DNA from: Phoronis australis
Taxonomy: Eukaryota > Animalia > Phoronida
Length of the DNA stretch: 64,000 nt
NCBI GenBank assembly: GCA_002633005.1
Contig: NMRA01000812.1
Coordinates: 1-64,000 of the forward strand
Direction: 5' to 3'
Part shown: one piece after another, positions 63,961 through 64,000 of the stretch
Layout of the letters: each line of letters starts with the position of its first letter
How positions within the stretch are numbered: the stretch's first letter is position 1
Made by a program: the position numbers and the translations under genes
Notes under the pieces: generated by a model
The model's database searches: none
What the model was told of the DNA's origin: nothing
What the model saw: the letters and a program-made list of their open reading frames with translations, nothing else

Positions 63961-64000
63961 TACTTGGAGTAAAAAATAATAGGTGAAGTAAATTCTGACT

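Noticed and set aside
61539-63972. Duplicated short ORFs (72-94 aa) suggesting a tandem gene family
   Set aside because: They have non-ATG starts, no recognisable domains or splice structure, and the duplication coincides with n junctions.

Overview
AT-rich, intron-rich animal DNA, most consistent with a marine invertebrate; the species cannot be determined from sequence alone. No prokaryotic operons, rRNA or CRISPR are present. Four spliced genes were reconstructed by hand with GT-AG junctions and consistent phases. (1) Internal and 3' exons of a PKD1-family polycystin (minus strand, ~5.8 kb to the window start). (2) A small two-exon secreted-peptide-like gene (plus, 8678-9489) with no in-frame ATG. 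(3) A complete 6-exon, 299-aa gene (minus, 21468-13267) fusing a TIR_2/SARM1-type TIR domain that retains the catalytic Glu to a three-repeat beta-trefoil (lectin/fascin-like) domain. (4) A complete 8-exon, 384-aa SABATH/Methyltransf_7-type methyltransferase (minus, 49078-27070), the nearest intact gene upstream of the TIR gene on the same strand. The rest is transposon-derived: two copies of a dead CR1/RTE-like LINE, an L1/Tx1 remnant, a Penelope element with inverted pLTRs carrying hammerhead ribozyme cores, a 2.7-kb TG..CA element with a 6-bp TSD, several MITE families, nested TIR elements, a tRNA-derived SINE and an inverted tRNA-like pair. Paralogous repeat copies repeatedly differ by exact CATGTA insertions, which resemble Tc1/mariner excision footprints. 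Several duplications joined by a single 'n' (55.6-64 kb) are probably assembly artefacts. All family assignments come from motif recognition, not database searches.
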